A DNA stretch of 49,696 nucleotides from assembly GCA_045106895.1 (NCBI GenBank), contig JBGCFM010000088.1, positions 1 to 49,696 of the forward strand, read 5' to 3'. Position 1 is the first letter of the stretch. Each line of letters opens with the position of its first letter. Shown here piece after piece: positions 34,693 through 44,100 of this stretch. The position numbers and the translations under genes were made by a program. The notes beneath the pieces are model-generated. The model was not told the origin of the DNA and did no database searches. It saw nothing but the letters and a program-made list of their open reading frames with translations. This DNA is from Polyangiales bacterium (GTDB taxonomy: Bacteria > Myxococcota_A > Polyangia > Polyangiales > Houyiibacteriaceae).

Positions 34693-35784
34693 ATGGAAGA
34701 GCTCGACACCATCGCCTCGATCCGAAAACGCCCGGGCATGTACTTCGGCGCCTCCGATGAAAACGGAGTGCATTACACCTTGATGGAAGTCCTTGGCAAC
34801 TGCCTGGACCAACACTTCGCCGGAAAGCTCACCCGCATCGAGGTCACGCTCACCTCGGACGGTGGAATCGTCGTCACGGATGATGGAGAAGGGATTTCCA
34901 CCGAAAAGAACGAGCGCGGCGTCAGCTTCCTCGAGAGTGTCTTCACTGAGATGCACGACACGCCCACGGCGGACGGACACGCCCCACACGTTCATCTAAA
35001 CACGTGGGGCGTTGGACTTTGCGTGGTGTGCGCAGTCTCCAAGAAGCTCAGCGTCACGACGGGGAGCGAGCCTCGCGTTCACCAAGACTTCGCCGAAGGC
35101 AGAGCGCTCGGTCCAGCCGTGACCCTGGACTCCGAGGAGACCGGAACCCGCATCGAATGGGTGCCGGATCCAGAGGTCTTCTCTTCGACGCGCTGGAACC
35201 CATCGAAGATCGCGCGAGAGCTGCGCTACTTGGCGCATCTCGCGCCGGGCCTGAAAACCTCGCTCTCGATGGCGCCACAAACCTGGGGCCCCGTCGCAGA
35301 CCTGCGAGCGCTCGTCTACGACCTGGTAGATAGAGACCCAGTCATCGGCGAGGCGATCCTCTGCACCGCGGAGGACGGCCCCTTGTCAGCGAGCGCGGCC
35401 CTGCTCTGGTGCGACGTACCTTCCTACGGGCGTACCGCCCCCGAAGTCGTTTCGTTCTGCAACCTGATGCGCACGCGCGGCGGTGGCTCGCACGTGAAGG
35501 GACTCATGCGGGGCACAAGGGACGTGCTGCGTCAGACCTTCGACGTCGTCGACCAGGATGAGCTGGACGAACTCACCAGCGGTCTCCGCGCGGTTGTCAG
35601 CGTCCACCTCATCGACCCGAGCTACGGCGCGCCTACCCGAGACTTGCTGAAGACCCCAGAGGCGTACTCGCTGGTTCGTCGCGCGCTCATCAAGGACCTG
35701 GGCGCTGTTCTCTCCGCGAAGACACCGCTCCGACAAGCTTTGGCGATACGACTCGAAGCGCTCGCCGTCGACACGGAAGAGTAG
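34693..35784 (+). CDS. Stand-alone GyrB/ParE N-terminal (GHKL ATPase + transducer) paralogue without TOPRIM
   Basis: IRKRPGMY, EVLGNCLD, DDGEGI, GVGLCVV, GTRIEWVPDPEVF and SFCN...GGSHVKG; stops after 363 aa. Confidence 0.85.
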   Translation: MEELDTIASIRKRPGMYFGASDENGVHYTLMEVLGNCLDQHFAGKLTRIEVTLTSDGGIVVTDDGEGISTEKNERGVSFLESVFTEMHDTPTADGHAPHVHLNTWGVGLCVVCAVSKKLSVTTGSEPRVHQDFAEGRALGPAVTLDSEETGTRIEWVPDPEVFSSTRWNPSKIARELRYLAHLAPGLKTSLSMAPQTWGPVADLRALVYDLVDRDPVIGEAILCTAEDGPLSASAALLWCDVPSYGRTAPEVVSFCNLMRTRGGGSHVKGLMRGTRDVLRQTFDVVDQDELDELTSGLRAVVSVHLIDPSYGAPTRDLLKTPEAYSLVRRALIKDLGAVLSAKTPLRQALAIRLEALAVDTEE

Positions 35785-35807
35785 CCGAGAAGAAAAGCAC
35801 GCTCACC

Positions 35808-35834
35808 TGTAACCATTTCGCCGCCTCGTTCGTG
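35808..35834 (+). promoter_or_regulatory. Candidate ECF41-type promoter
   Basis: TGTAACC - 16 nt - CGTG, close to the ECF41 consensus TGTCACA-N16-CGTC, directly upstream of the oxidoreductase-ECF41 operon. Confidence 0.6.
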
Positions 35835-35856
35835 AGAGGGAAAAGGAGCAGGATCC

Positions 35857-37098
35857 ATGAACATCATTGTCATCGGCGGCGGACTCGCAGGTCTGTGCGC
35901 AGGAAACTATCTCGCCAAGAACGGCGCAAAGGTCTCGATTTGGGACCCCAAGCTTGGCGGCCGCGCCCGCAGCAGCGAAGCGAAAGGAGTCTTGTTCAAC
36001 CAAGGTCCCCACGCTCTTTATCACGGCGGAGAAATGGCCCAAGTACTTCGGGAGCTCTCGGTCTCGTGGACAGGCAGAGGGCTGACGAAGGGCTTATTCC
36101 TAAGCTCTGGAAAGACCCGCTACCCGCTTCCCACCGGGGCGTGGGGCTTGCTCCGATGCCAGGCGCTGAGCGGAGCCGCCCGCTTTCAGGTGGGCCGCGT
36201 GATGGCGCGCTTGCCCGCAGCGCTTCCGAAGGAGAACGTCGACGCGTGGGTCCGCCGCAGTGTACGAGCGGACGACGCTCGCTCGTTCCTCTCGGCGCTG
36301 GTGCGGCTCTCCACCTACGGCGGTGACTCCTCGCGCTTCTCGGCTGAAGTCGCCGTCCATCAGCTTCGCCTCGCCCTCGGCAAAGGCGTAGCCTACGTCG
36401 ACGGCGGCTGGCAATCCCTCGTGGACGGGCTCCATGATGCCGCCATCGCGGCGTCGGCGAGTGTCATCAAACGAAGCGCGTCGGAGCTCACACAGACCGC
36501 GCGTGGTTGGCGGGTGAGCGGGCGTGACGGACATCAGGAGGAGTGCGACGGCGTTGTTCTAGCGCTCCCCCCGAAGCGCGCGGCGGCGCTCTACCCTGCT
36601 CTCGGCAAACGCGTGTCTGCCCTCGAAGCCGTCCGGGTTTCGTCCCTCGACGTAGCCCTCGAGGGAGCGCCGAACCCGAACGTTCAGTTCGGTCTAGGAC
36701 TCGAGCGGTCGCTTTATCTGTCGAACCACTCCGTCGCTCGCCTGGCTCCCGAGGGCACCCACGTGATTCACGTGCAGAAGTACTTGGGCACGTCTTCGGC
36801 GGACGGAACCGAACGCGCCGAACTAGAGACGTATCTCGACGAGTTGCAAGACGGCTGGCGCGCGCGCGTCGTTCGAGAGCGTTATCTGCCGAACATCGTC
36901 GTACACCACGCCATGCCGGTGGCGGAGCACGACGGCTTCGCGGGTCGCCCCCCGGTGGAACTCGCGCCGACGCTCTGCTTGGCTGGAGACTGGGTTGGGC
37001 AAGAAGGCCTCCTCGCCGACGCCGCCTGTGCGAGTGGCCGAGCGGCAGCACATGCGCTCGTGGAACAACTTGGTGGTGAAAAGAGGCAAAGCGCGTGA
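35857..37098 (+). CDS. FAD-dependent oxidoreductase (phytoene dehydrogenase-like)
   Basis: IGGGLAGL Rossmann motif, LGGRARS, FNQGPH and LAGDWV; AAGGAG SD. Confidence 0.88.
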   Translation: MNIIVIGGGLAGLCAGNYLAKNGAKVSIWDPKLGGRARSSEAKGVLFNQGPHALYHGGEMAQVLRELSVSWTGRGLTKGLFLSSGKTRYPLPTGAWGLLRCQALSGAARFQVGRVMARLPAALPKENVDAWVRRSVRADDARSFLSALVRLSTYGGDSSRFSAEVAVHQLRLALGKGVAYVDGGWQSLVDGLHDAAIAASASVIKRSASELTQTARGWRVSGRDGHQEECDGVVLALPPKRAAALYPALGKRVSALEAVRVSSLDVALEGAPNPNVQFGLGLERSLYLSNHSVARLAPEGTHVIHVQKYLGTSSADGTERAELETYLDELQDGWRARVVRERYLPNIVVHHAMPVAEHDGFAGRPPVELAPTLCLAGDWVGQEGLLADAACASGRAAAHALVEQLGGEKRQSA

Positions 37099-37111
37099 GA
37101 GCCTGTGAGCG

Positions 37112-38032
37112 ATGACCCCCAGCAGCGAGTTTGCTCTCTCTGAGGCGTTCGATGCCCATCGCGCGTACTTGTGGGGCCTGTGTTACCGCATGACCGGCTG
37201 CGCTGCGGATGCAGACGAGCTGGTTCAGGGGACCTTTGTCCGCGCCCTTGAGGCACCACCACGCGATCAAGACCGTCCGTGGCTTCCGTGGCTCACGCGA
37301 GTCGCCACAAACCTGGCGCGGGATCGGCTTCGGCGCCGCAAACACCAAGCCTACATAGGGCCTTGGCTTCCAGAGCCCTTTGAGACCGACGGACGCGGCA
37401 CGCCGTCGACGGACGCTCCCGACGCGCGCTACGCCGAGAAAGAGAGCGTTGGCTTCGCGTTCCTCGTGGCGCTCGAAGCCCTCGACGCAAGACAGAGAGC
37501 TGTGCTTCTGCTGCGGGACGTGTACGACCTGTCGACGCGGGAGAGCGCTGACATCCTGAAGCTGAGTGAAGCCAATATCAAAGTTGTTCTCCACCGTGCG
37601 AGGCGCTCGATGCTCGCCTACGACGCCACGCGCTTCGCCGACAGCGCAGGACAGGACGCCCAAACGAAGATGGCGCTCGTTCGACTGATGACGGCCCTCG
37701 CCACGGGCGACGTCAATGCCATGGCCTCGCTCCTCCACGACGACGTCGTGATGTTGAACGACGGCGGCGGAGAGTTCTTCGCGGCGCGAAAACCGGTACG
37801 TGGAAAGAAAGCTGTCACGACGTTCTTTCGCAAGACACGCCCGAAGACCGCGGTGCAGGCGCGACCCCTCGAGTTCAATGGGATGCCCGGCGTGTTCACC
37901 GCCTACGAGCCATCAAAAACTGGTTTGCCGCCGAGGGCGGCTATCGCTTTGGACGTCGACGACAACGGACTTGTGGTTCGAATATACGCCGTCGTCGCGT
38001 CGAAGAAACTTCGAGCCGTCAGCTCTCTTTGA
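37112..38032 (+). CDS. ECF41 (SigJ-like) sigma factor with SnoaL-like C-terminal extension
   Basis: Regions 2 and 4, YIGPWLPEP linker, NDGGG motif. Confidence 0.9.
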   Translation: MTPSSEFALSEAFDAHRAYLWGLCYRMTGCAADADELVQGTFVRALEAPPRDQDRPWLPWLTRVATNLARDRLRRRKHQAYIGPWLPEPFETDGRGTPSTDAPDARYAEKESVGFAFLVALEALDARQRAVLLLRDVYDLSTRESADILKLSEANIKVVLHRARRSMLAYDATRFADSAGQDAQTKMALVRLMTALATGDVNAMASLLHDDVVMLNDGGGEFFAARKPVRGKKAVTTFFRKTRPKTAVQARPLEFNGMPGVFTAYEPSKTGLPPRAAIALDVDDNGLVVRIYAVVASKKLRAVSSL

Positions 38033-38504
38033 CGGCCTCCGTGACAACAAGAGGTTCGAACGCCGCGCGAAAGCGGTCCGACCAGGGACAGCTTGTTCGC
38101 GTCTCCGGATCCAAACGCACCAGCCGTGTCTTGGCCCGGGCGTGACAACGCGAGCCATGTCGCGCCTTTACTTCGGCGCTGATGACCAGACTCGTGCGGC
38201 CTAAATGAGACGGCCAGAGCTCCACCACGAGCTCCCCTTCGCCCTCCACGGGGCTTAGGTAGTCGACCTCATGTGCTGCCACGACGTGGTATTTGTCCGG
38301 GTGGTCGGCCAAGGAGTCTTCCCAGCGAAAGCCCAAGCTCTGAAGCATTTCGCCGCGGGCCCGCTCGATAAAGAGCAGGTAGCGCACGTTGTGAAGAATG
38401 TTCAGTGCGTCCAAGTCATCGAAGTACACTCGTTGAGTGGACCGAAAGGGCATTTCCATAGCCATAGGGCCTTCCATAGCGCCTTTTCCGCCGTCCGTTG
38501 ACAC
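38019..38504 (-). CDS. Acyl-CoA thioesterase (4HBT/YbgC hot-dog fold); start may be 38459-38477
   Basis: VYFDDLDALNILHNVRYLLFIERAR, VDYLSP and LGRTS. Confidence 0.88.
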   Translation of the reverse strand: MSTDGGKGAMEGPMAMEMPFRSTQRVYFDDLDALNILHNVRYLLFIERARGEMLQSLGFRWEDSLADHPDKYHVVAAHEVDYLSPVEGEGELVVELWPSHLGRTSLVISAEVKARHGSRCHARAKTRLVRLDPETRTSCPWSDRFRAAFEPLVVTEAVKES

Positions 38505-38523
38505 TTCCGCAAACGCACCCTAG

Positions 38524-38548
38524 AAAGTGGACCACTGCGGTCCTGTTT
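38524..38548. promoter_or_regulatory. Candidate Rrf2 operator upstream of the suf operon
   Basis: AAAGTGGACC-ACTGC-GGTCCTGTTT inverted repeat (8/10 match), overlapping the -10 of TTGACA(38498)-17-TAGAAA. Confidence 0.55.
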
Positions 38549-38561
38549 CCGAGTCACTCCT

Positions 38562-38993
38562 TTGCTGCGCATCTCTAAACTCACCGACTACGCCATCGTC
38601 CTCGCGACACATATGGCCACGTGTGGCAAGCCGACATCCGGCCGATGCCTCGCGGAGCTGAGCGGCTTGCCACAGCCCACCGTCGCCAAGGTGCTCAAAG
38701 GCCTGAGTCGAGCTGGTGTTGTCGAAGCGACGCGGGGTGTTTGCGGCGGGTATCGACTCGCCAAGAACGCCCAGGCGATATCTGTGAGCGAGATCATAGA
38801 GGCCATCGACGGCCCCATCGCTGTGACGGAATGCACGGAGCAGAGCTCAAACTGTGCGCATGAAGCCGGGTGTGGGTTGCAGGCAAACTGGAAACACATC
38901 AACGCTGCTCTCACAAACGCTCTGTCTGCGATCACCTTGGCGGACATGATGTCCCCCGACGTCAGCGCCCTCGTCCAACTTCGAGTCAGCTAA
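38562..38993 (+). CDS. Rrf2-family SUF system Fe-S cluster assembly regulator
   Basis: [20 protein letters not shown], three Cys ([15 protein letters not shown]); TTG start. Confidence 0.9.
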   Translation: MLRISKLTDYAIVLATHMATCGKPTSGRCLAELSGLPQPTVAKVLKGLSRAGVVEATRGVCGGYRLAKNAQAISVSEIIEAIDGPIAVTECTEQSSNCAHEAGCGLQANWKHINAALTNALSAITLADMMSPDVSALVQLRVS

Positions 38994-39030
38994 GAGGCTC
39001 CGGACCCCGTCCTCCTACGAAACGTTCAAT

Positions 39031-40473
39031 ATGGCTACCGCATCCGCAGAAATCGAACACTTCCTGAAGAAGAACTACTCCGCCGGGTTCGTGACGGACA
39101 TCGAGCAGGAGTACGCGCCGCCGGGCCTCGATGAGAGCATCGTGCGCTTCATCTCCGCCAAGAAAGAAGAGCCTGAGTGGCTCCTCGAGTGGCGTCTCGA
39201 ATCCTACGCTCGCTGGCTTAAGATGAAGGAGCCCCGCTGGGCGAAGGTCAACTACCCGGAGATCGACTACCAGGCGTCCAGCTACTACGCGGCGCCCGCC
39301 GGTGACGCACCCAAGAGCCTCGACGACGTCGACCCGAAGCTCCTCGAGACTTACGAGAAGCTGGGCATTCCTTTGCACGAGCGCGCAGCGCTTGCCGGCG
39401 TCGCCGTGGATGCCGTCTTCGATAGCGTCAGCGTCCACACCTCCTTTCGCGGCGAGCTCGCCAAGGTCGGCGTCATCTTCTGCAGCTTCAGTGAAGCCGT
39501 CAAAGACCACCCAGAACTCGTTCGCAAGTACCTCGGGAAGGTCGTTCCTCGTACGGACAACTTCTTCACGGCCCTGAACAGCGCTGTCTTCAGCGACGGC
39601 AGCTTCGTCTACATTCCGCCGGGTGTTCGCTGCCCGATGGAGCTGAGCACGTACTTCCGCATCAACGCCGCCAACACGGGGCAGTTCGAGCGAACACTCA
39701 TCATCGCTGACGAAGGCAGCTACGTCAGCTACCTCGAAGGTTGCACCGCGCCTCAACGCGACGAGAACCAGCTCCACGCCGCCGTCGTTGAGCTCGTCGC
39801 TCACAAAGACGCTGAGATCAAATACAGCACCGTTCAGAACTGGTACCCCGGCGACGAGGATGGCAAAGGCGGCATCTACAACTTCGTCACCAAGCGTGGG
39901 CTCTGCGAGGGCGAGCGCTCCAAGATCAGCTGGACCCAAGTCGAGACGGGAAGCGCCGTCACCTGGAAGTACCCCAGCTGCATTCTCAAGGGCGACGACT
40001 CCGTTGGCGAGTTCTACTCCGTCGCCCTGAGTAATCACGCTCAGCAGGCCGACACGGGCACCAAGATGATCCACCTCGGAAAGCGCACGCGCTCCACGAT
40101 CATCAGCAAGGGCATCAGCGCCGGCAAGGGACAACAGACCTATCGCGGCAGCGTGAGCATCGCGAGCGGGGCCGAAGGGGCACGAAACTACACGCAGTGC
40201 GACTCCCTCCTCATCGGCAGCGAATGTGGCGCGCACACGGTTCCCTACGTCGAGGTCCACAACAAGACCGCCCAGGTGGAACACGAAGCGACAACGAGCC
40301 GAATTGGCGACGATCAACTCTTCTATTGCCGTCAGCGCGGCCTCAGCGAGGAAGATGCGGTAAGCCTCATCGTCAATGGCTTCGCAAAACGAGTTCTTGA
40401 AGAACTTCCGATGGAGTTCGCCGTCGAAGCCAAAGCACTACTAGAAGTTAGCCTCGAAGGAGCCGTCGGATGA
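39031..40473 (+). CDS. sufB: Fe-S cluster assembly protein SufB
   Basis: [29 protein letters not shown] and QADTGTKM. Confidence 0.98.
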   Translation: MATASAEIEHFLKKNYSAGFVTDIEQEYAPPGLDESIVRFISAKKEEPEWLLEWRLESYARWLKMKEPRWAKVNYPEIDYQASSYYAAPAGDAPKSLDDVDPKLLETYEKLGIPLHERAALAGVAVDAVFDSVSVHTSFRGELAKVGVIFCSFSEAVKDHPELVRKYLGKVVPRTDNFFTALNSAVFSDGSFVYIPPGVRCPMELSTYFRINAANTGQFERTLIIADEGSYVSYLEGCTAPQRDENQLHAAVVELVAHKDAEIKYSTVQNWYPGDEDGKGGIYNFVTKRGLCEGERSKISWTQVETGSAVTWKYPSCILKGDDSVGEFYSVALSNHAQQADTGTKMIHLGKRTRSTIISKGISAGKGQQTYRGSVSIASGAEGARNYTQCDSLLIGSECGAHTVPYVEVHNKTAQVEHEATTSRIGDDQLFYCRQRGLSEEDAVSLIVNGFAKRVLEELPMEFAVEAKALLEVSLEGAVG

Positions 40474-40721
40474 TTCGTTTATTTCCTCTCTTTGCCGCAC
40501 TCGCACTCATGGCCTGCGGCGGGACCGCAACACGCATGGAGCTTCGCTCCAGTGAACAAGTTCGCATCAGCCAAATCCTCGGATGCGACGACTACAACAT
40601 CGATGAAATCGACGGCGGCCGCGAAGGCGCACCCACGCGTCGCTACCAAGCAGCCTGCGTGGAAGGTGAACGCTCCGGCACATTCATGTGCACCGACGGC
40701 GGCACCTGCGAAGAAGAGTAA
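40470..40721 (+). CDS. Small Cys-containing lipoprotein (83 aa) inside the suf operon
   Basis: ATGA overlap with the sufB stop; signal [16 protein letters not shown]; 4 further Cys. Confidence 0.7.
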   Translation: MIRLFPLFAALALMACGGTATRMELRSSEQVRISQILGCDDYNIDEIDGGREGAPTRRYQAACVEGERSGTFMCTDGGTCEEE

Positions 40722-40773
40722 AATTCACGGGTCCATTTCACGACTCGACGCATAGACAACGAAAGCTCACACC

Positions 40774-41556
40774 ATGCTCTCCATTAAGAACCTTCATGCG
40801 AAGGTCGGCGACACGCCGATCTTGCGCGGCCTCAACCTTGAAGTTCCCGCCGGCGAAGTACACGCCATCATGGGTCCCAACGGCTCTGGCAAAAGCACAC
40901 TCTCTTACGTGCTGGCTGGCCGCGATGGCTATGAAGTCACGGAAGGTAGCGTCACCCTCGACGGTGAGGACATCCTCGAGAAGGACCCTGAAGATCGCGC
41001 CGCCGCCGGCGTTTTCCTCGCGCTCCAATACCCCGTCGCGATTCCCGGCGTCTCGAACCTTCACTTCTTGCGCGCCGCGATGAACGGCATTCGTAAAAGC
41101 CGTGGCGAAGAAGAGATCAGCGCCGCTAACTTCATGAAGCTCGCCCGCGAGCGCTCGAAGCTCGTTGAGCTTCCCCCAGCCCTCCTCAAGCGAGCCGTCA
41201 ACGATGGCTTTAGTGGTGGTGAGAAGAAGCGAAACGAGATCTTCCAGATGGCCATGCTGGAGCCGAAGCTTGCGATCCTCGACGAGACCGATTCGGGCCT
41301 CGACATCGACGCCCTTCGTATCGTGAGCGGTGGCGTCAACGCGCTGCGCTCGCCGGACCGCTCCATGCTGGTCATCACACACTACCAGCGGCTCCTCGAC
41401 CACATCGTGCCCGACCGCGTCCACGTCCTCATGGACGGTCGCATCGTTCACGCCGGCGATAAGGAACTCGCCTTCCGCCTCGAGCGCGAAGGTTACGAGA
41501 TCGTTCGCGCGGAATCCCAAAGCGCCCAGTCGCAAAGCGCGGCCACACCAGCATGA
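40774..41556 (+). CDS. sufC: Fe-S cluster assembly ATPase SufC
   Basis: MGPNGSGKST, FSGGEKKRNE, LDETDSGLDIDAL and ITHYQRLL. Confidence 0.98.
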   Translation: MLSIKNLHAKVGDTPILRGLNLEVPAGEVHAIMGPNGSGKSTLSYVLAGRDGYEVTEGSVTLDGEDILEKDPEDRAAAGVFLALQYPVAIPGVSNLHFLRAAMNGIRKSRGEEEISAANFMKLARERSKLVELPPALLKRAVNDGFSGGEKKRNEIFQMAMLEPKLAILDETDSGLDIDALRIVSGGVNALRSPDRSMLVITHYQRLLDHIVPDRVHVLMDGRIVHAGDKELAFRLEREGYEIVRAESQSAQSQSAATPA

Positions 41557-42695
41557 CGTTACTAAGCGCACTCAAGCCTCCCGCGTCGGACTCACCCGAG
41601 TTTGTTCAGGCCGCCTTCAAGCGTCTCGGAGAGGAGGGCCTTCCGACCAAGAAGAGCGAAGCCTGGCGATTCACGCCGGTTCGAGCGCTCACAAGCGAAA
41701 CGCTCTCAATCGGCGCAAGTGTTCTTGAGGTCGGCGCGCCGTCCCAGGTGAAGCGTCTCGACACACACCCGCGCTTCGGCACCCTCGCTCATGGCGAGCA
41801 CTTCAGTGCGTTCAACGCCGCCACGCATACAGCGCCTGTCCTGCTGAGAGCCGACGGCGCCGGCGACCCACTGACGTTCACCTACCGCGGCGGCGGCGCC
41901 TCCTGTCCACGCGTCTTTCTTGAGGTCGCGGCGAACACGGAACTCGACCTCATCGAACGCTTCGAGGGTGAGAGCGCTCTCAACAACAACGTCTTGGAGA
42001 TCGTGCTTCAGCCCGGCGCGCGCTTACGGCATCTGCGCATCCATCAAGACAGCGGACGCACCATCGGTACCGTCGCTGTCCGGCAGCACAAGAGCAGCCA
42101 CTACGAGAGTCACGTCGTGACCCTCGGCGGAAAACTCACGCGCCTCGACCTGCACGTAGACCTCGCGGAACCCGGGGCCGAATGCAACCTGCGTGGCGTC
42201 TATCACGTCACCGGCAGCGACCACGCGGACCACCACCTACGCGTCGACCACAGCGCGCCACATTGTACGAGCCGACAAGAATACCGGGGGCTCCTCGACG
42301 AGCGCGGCACAGCGGTCTTCGATGGACAGGCCATCGTCCAGCGGACCGGCGGCGGCGCCGAGGCTCATCAGAGCAACCGCAATCTGCTGCTCTCGGAGAC
42401 CGCCAACGTCTTCACCAAACCTCACCTCGAGATCGACCACGACGACGTCGTTGCGAGCCATGGGGCCACCGTTGGCGCACTCCAAGAAGACCAGGTCTTC
42501 TACCTGCGCACGCGAGGCATCACTGAAGAGACCGCCCGAGCCATGCTCACCTTCGCTTTCGCGCAGGCCATCCTCGACGAGCTCCCCAGCGCCGAAGTTC
42601 GCGACGAGCTCAGCAACGAGCTTCGAAAACGACTCCCCGCCGGCGCAAGCTTGGCGGCTGGCGGTCTCAACACGGACGAACTCGAAATCGAATGA
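41553..42695 (+). CDS. sufD: Fe-S cluster assembly protein SufD
   Basis: LPTKKSEAWRFT, KPHLEI, ASHGATVG and FYLRTRGI. Confidence 0.95.
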   Translation: MTLLSALKPPASDSPEFVQAAFKRLGEEGLPTKKSEAWRFTPVRALTSETLSIGASVLEVGAPSQVKRLDTHPRFGTLAHGEHFSAFNAATHTAPVLLRADGAGDPLTFTYRGGGASCPRVFLEVAANTELDLIERFEGESALNNNVLEIVLQPGARLRHLRIHQDSGRTIGTVAVRQHKSSHYESHVVTLGGKLTRLDLHVDLAEPGAECNLRGVYHVTGSDHADHHLRVDHSAPHCTSRQEYRGLLDERGTAVFDGQAIVQRTGGGAEAHQSNRNLLLSETANVFTKPHLEIDHDDVVASHGATVGALQEDQVFYLRTRGITEETARAMLTFAFAQAILDELPSAEVRDELSNELRKRLPAGASLAAGGLNTDELEIE

Positions 42696-43960
42696 GCGGC
42701 TTCTCTCCCATCGAAGCGGCCATCGCCCGCGCGACCGTACCCCCTCTCGACACGCACTCGGTGCGTGATGACTTCCCGGCGCTTCACCAAGACGTCCATG
42801 GGAAGCCACTCGTGTATCTCGACTCGGCAGCGACGGCGCTCAAACCCCAAGCTGTCATCGACGCCGTCGTGCACACCTACTCGCGGGACTGCGCCAATAT
42901 CCACCGCGCAGTTCACACACTCAGCCAGAACGCGACAGCGACACACGAGGCCGCCCGCGAATCCGTGCGGCGTTTCATCGGCGCAGCCAAAACCGAAGAG
43001 GTCATATTCACCGCCGGCGCGACGGCCGCCATCAACCTCGTCGCTCAGACGTGGGGCACGCAGAACTTGGGCCCCGGCGACGAGGTCCTCGTGACCGAAC
43101 TCGCCCACCACGCAAACATCGTCCCGTGGCAGCTCGTGTGTGAGCGCACCGGCGCACGCCTCGTTGTCGCGCCCATCAACGACCGGGGCGAAGTCGAGGA
43201 GTCCGCCTTCGCAGAGAAACTGAGCAGCAAGACCAAGCTCGTCAGCTTCGCTCACATCTCCAACAGCCTCGGTACCGTCCTGCCCGTGGCCCGCTTCACG
43301 AAGCTCGCTCGCGATGCCGGCGCCCTCGTTCTCGTCGACGGAAGCCAAGGCGTCGTACACGGCCCGGTAAACGTCGCGAAACTCGACGTCGACTTCTACG
43401 TCTTCAGCGGACACAAGCTTTACGCTCCATCCGGCACCGGCGTACTCTACGGGAAAGAGTCGCTCCTCGAAGCGATGCCTCCCTGGCAGGGTGGCGGCGA
43501 CATGATCGACGAGGTCCGCTTTGAGCAGACCACGTACAACGACCTCCCGTTCAAGTTCGAAGCAGGCACCCCCAACATTGCGGGCTTCGCCGGGCTCGGC
43601 GCCGCGATCCGCTACTTGGAGGATCTTGGTTGGGATGCGATCACCAACCACGAAGACAAGCTCCTCGCGTACGGTACCCAAGCCCTCGAGCAAGTGGACG
43701 GCCTCCGCATCATCGGCAACGCAGCGAACAAGTCCGGCGTTCTGAGCTTCGTCCTCGACGGTATCCACCCCACCGACGCTGGAACACTCTTGGACGCAGA
43801 AGGTATCGCAATCCGCACGGGTCACCACTGCGCTCAGCCTGTCATGCAGCACTTTGGAGTCACCGGAACCGCCCGCGCTTCGTTGGCCTTGTACAACACG
43901 ACAAGCGAGATCGACGCGTTGGTCGCTGGCCTCGCCAAGGTCCGCAAGATCTTCGGATAG
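42692..43960 (+). CDS. sufS: SufS cysteine desulfurase (group II)
   Basis: YLDSAAT, FSGHK, FEAGTP and RTGHHCAQP. Confidence 0.96.
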   Translation: MSGFSPIEAAIARATVPPLDTHSVRDDFPALHQDVHGKPLVYLDSAATALKPQAVIDAVVHTYSRDCANIHRAVHTLSQNATATHEAARESVRRFIGAAKTEEVIFTAGATAAINLVAQTWGTQNLGPGDEVLVTELAHHANIVPWQLVCERTGARLVVAPINDRGEVEESAFAEKLSSKTKLVSFAHISNSLGTVLPVARFTKLARDAGALVLVDGSQGVVHGPVNVAKLDVDFYVFSGHKLYAPSGTGVLYGKESLLEAMPPWQGGGDMIDEVRFEQTTYNDLPFKFEAGTPNIAGFAGLGAAIRYLEDLGWDAITNHEDKLLAYGTQALEQVDGLRIIGNAANKSGVLSFVLDGIHPTDAGTLLDAEGIAIRTGHHCAQPVMQHFGVTGTARASLALYNTTSEIDALVAGLAKVRKIFG

Positions 43961-44010
43961 ACGTCTGGCCGACGTGAGTGTTGGTCTCTAGGACCTTCGC
44001 CACGCCTCAC

Positions 44011-44050
44011 ATGCAAGCTACTTGCATCGCAAGAAGCACAGCTCTAAGTT
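44011..44050 (+). promoter_or_regulatory. Perfect palindrome ATGCAAG-CTA-CTTGCAT over the -35 of the COG0523 promoter (candidate Zur-type box)
   Basis: Palindrome at 44011-44027; TTGCAT - 17 nt - TAAGTT (44045-44050). Confidence 0.7.
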
Positions 44051-44100
44051 CGGGCGGCCAGGTCCTTTTAGTCTGACCCACAGGCGAACCAGAGCGCGCA

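Noticed and set aside
38986..43852. Long minus-strand ORFs opposite sufB, sufC and sufS (38986-40317, 40738-41571, 42500-43852)
   Set aside because: Same antisense-frame artefact; the plus-strand genes are unambiguous.
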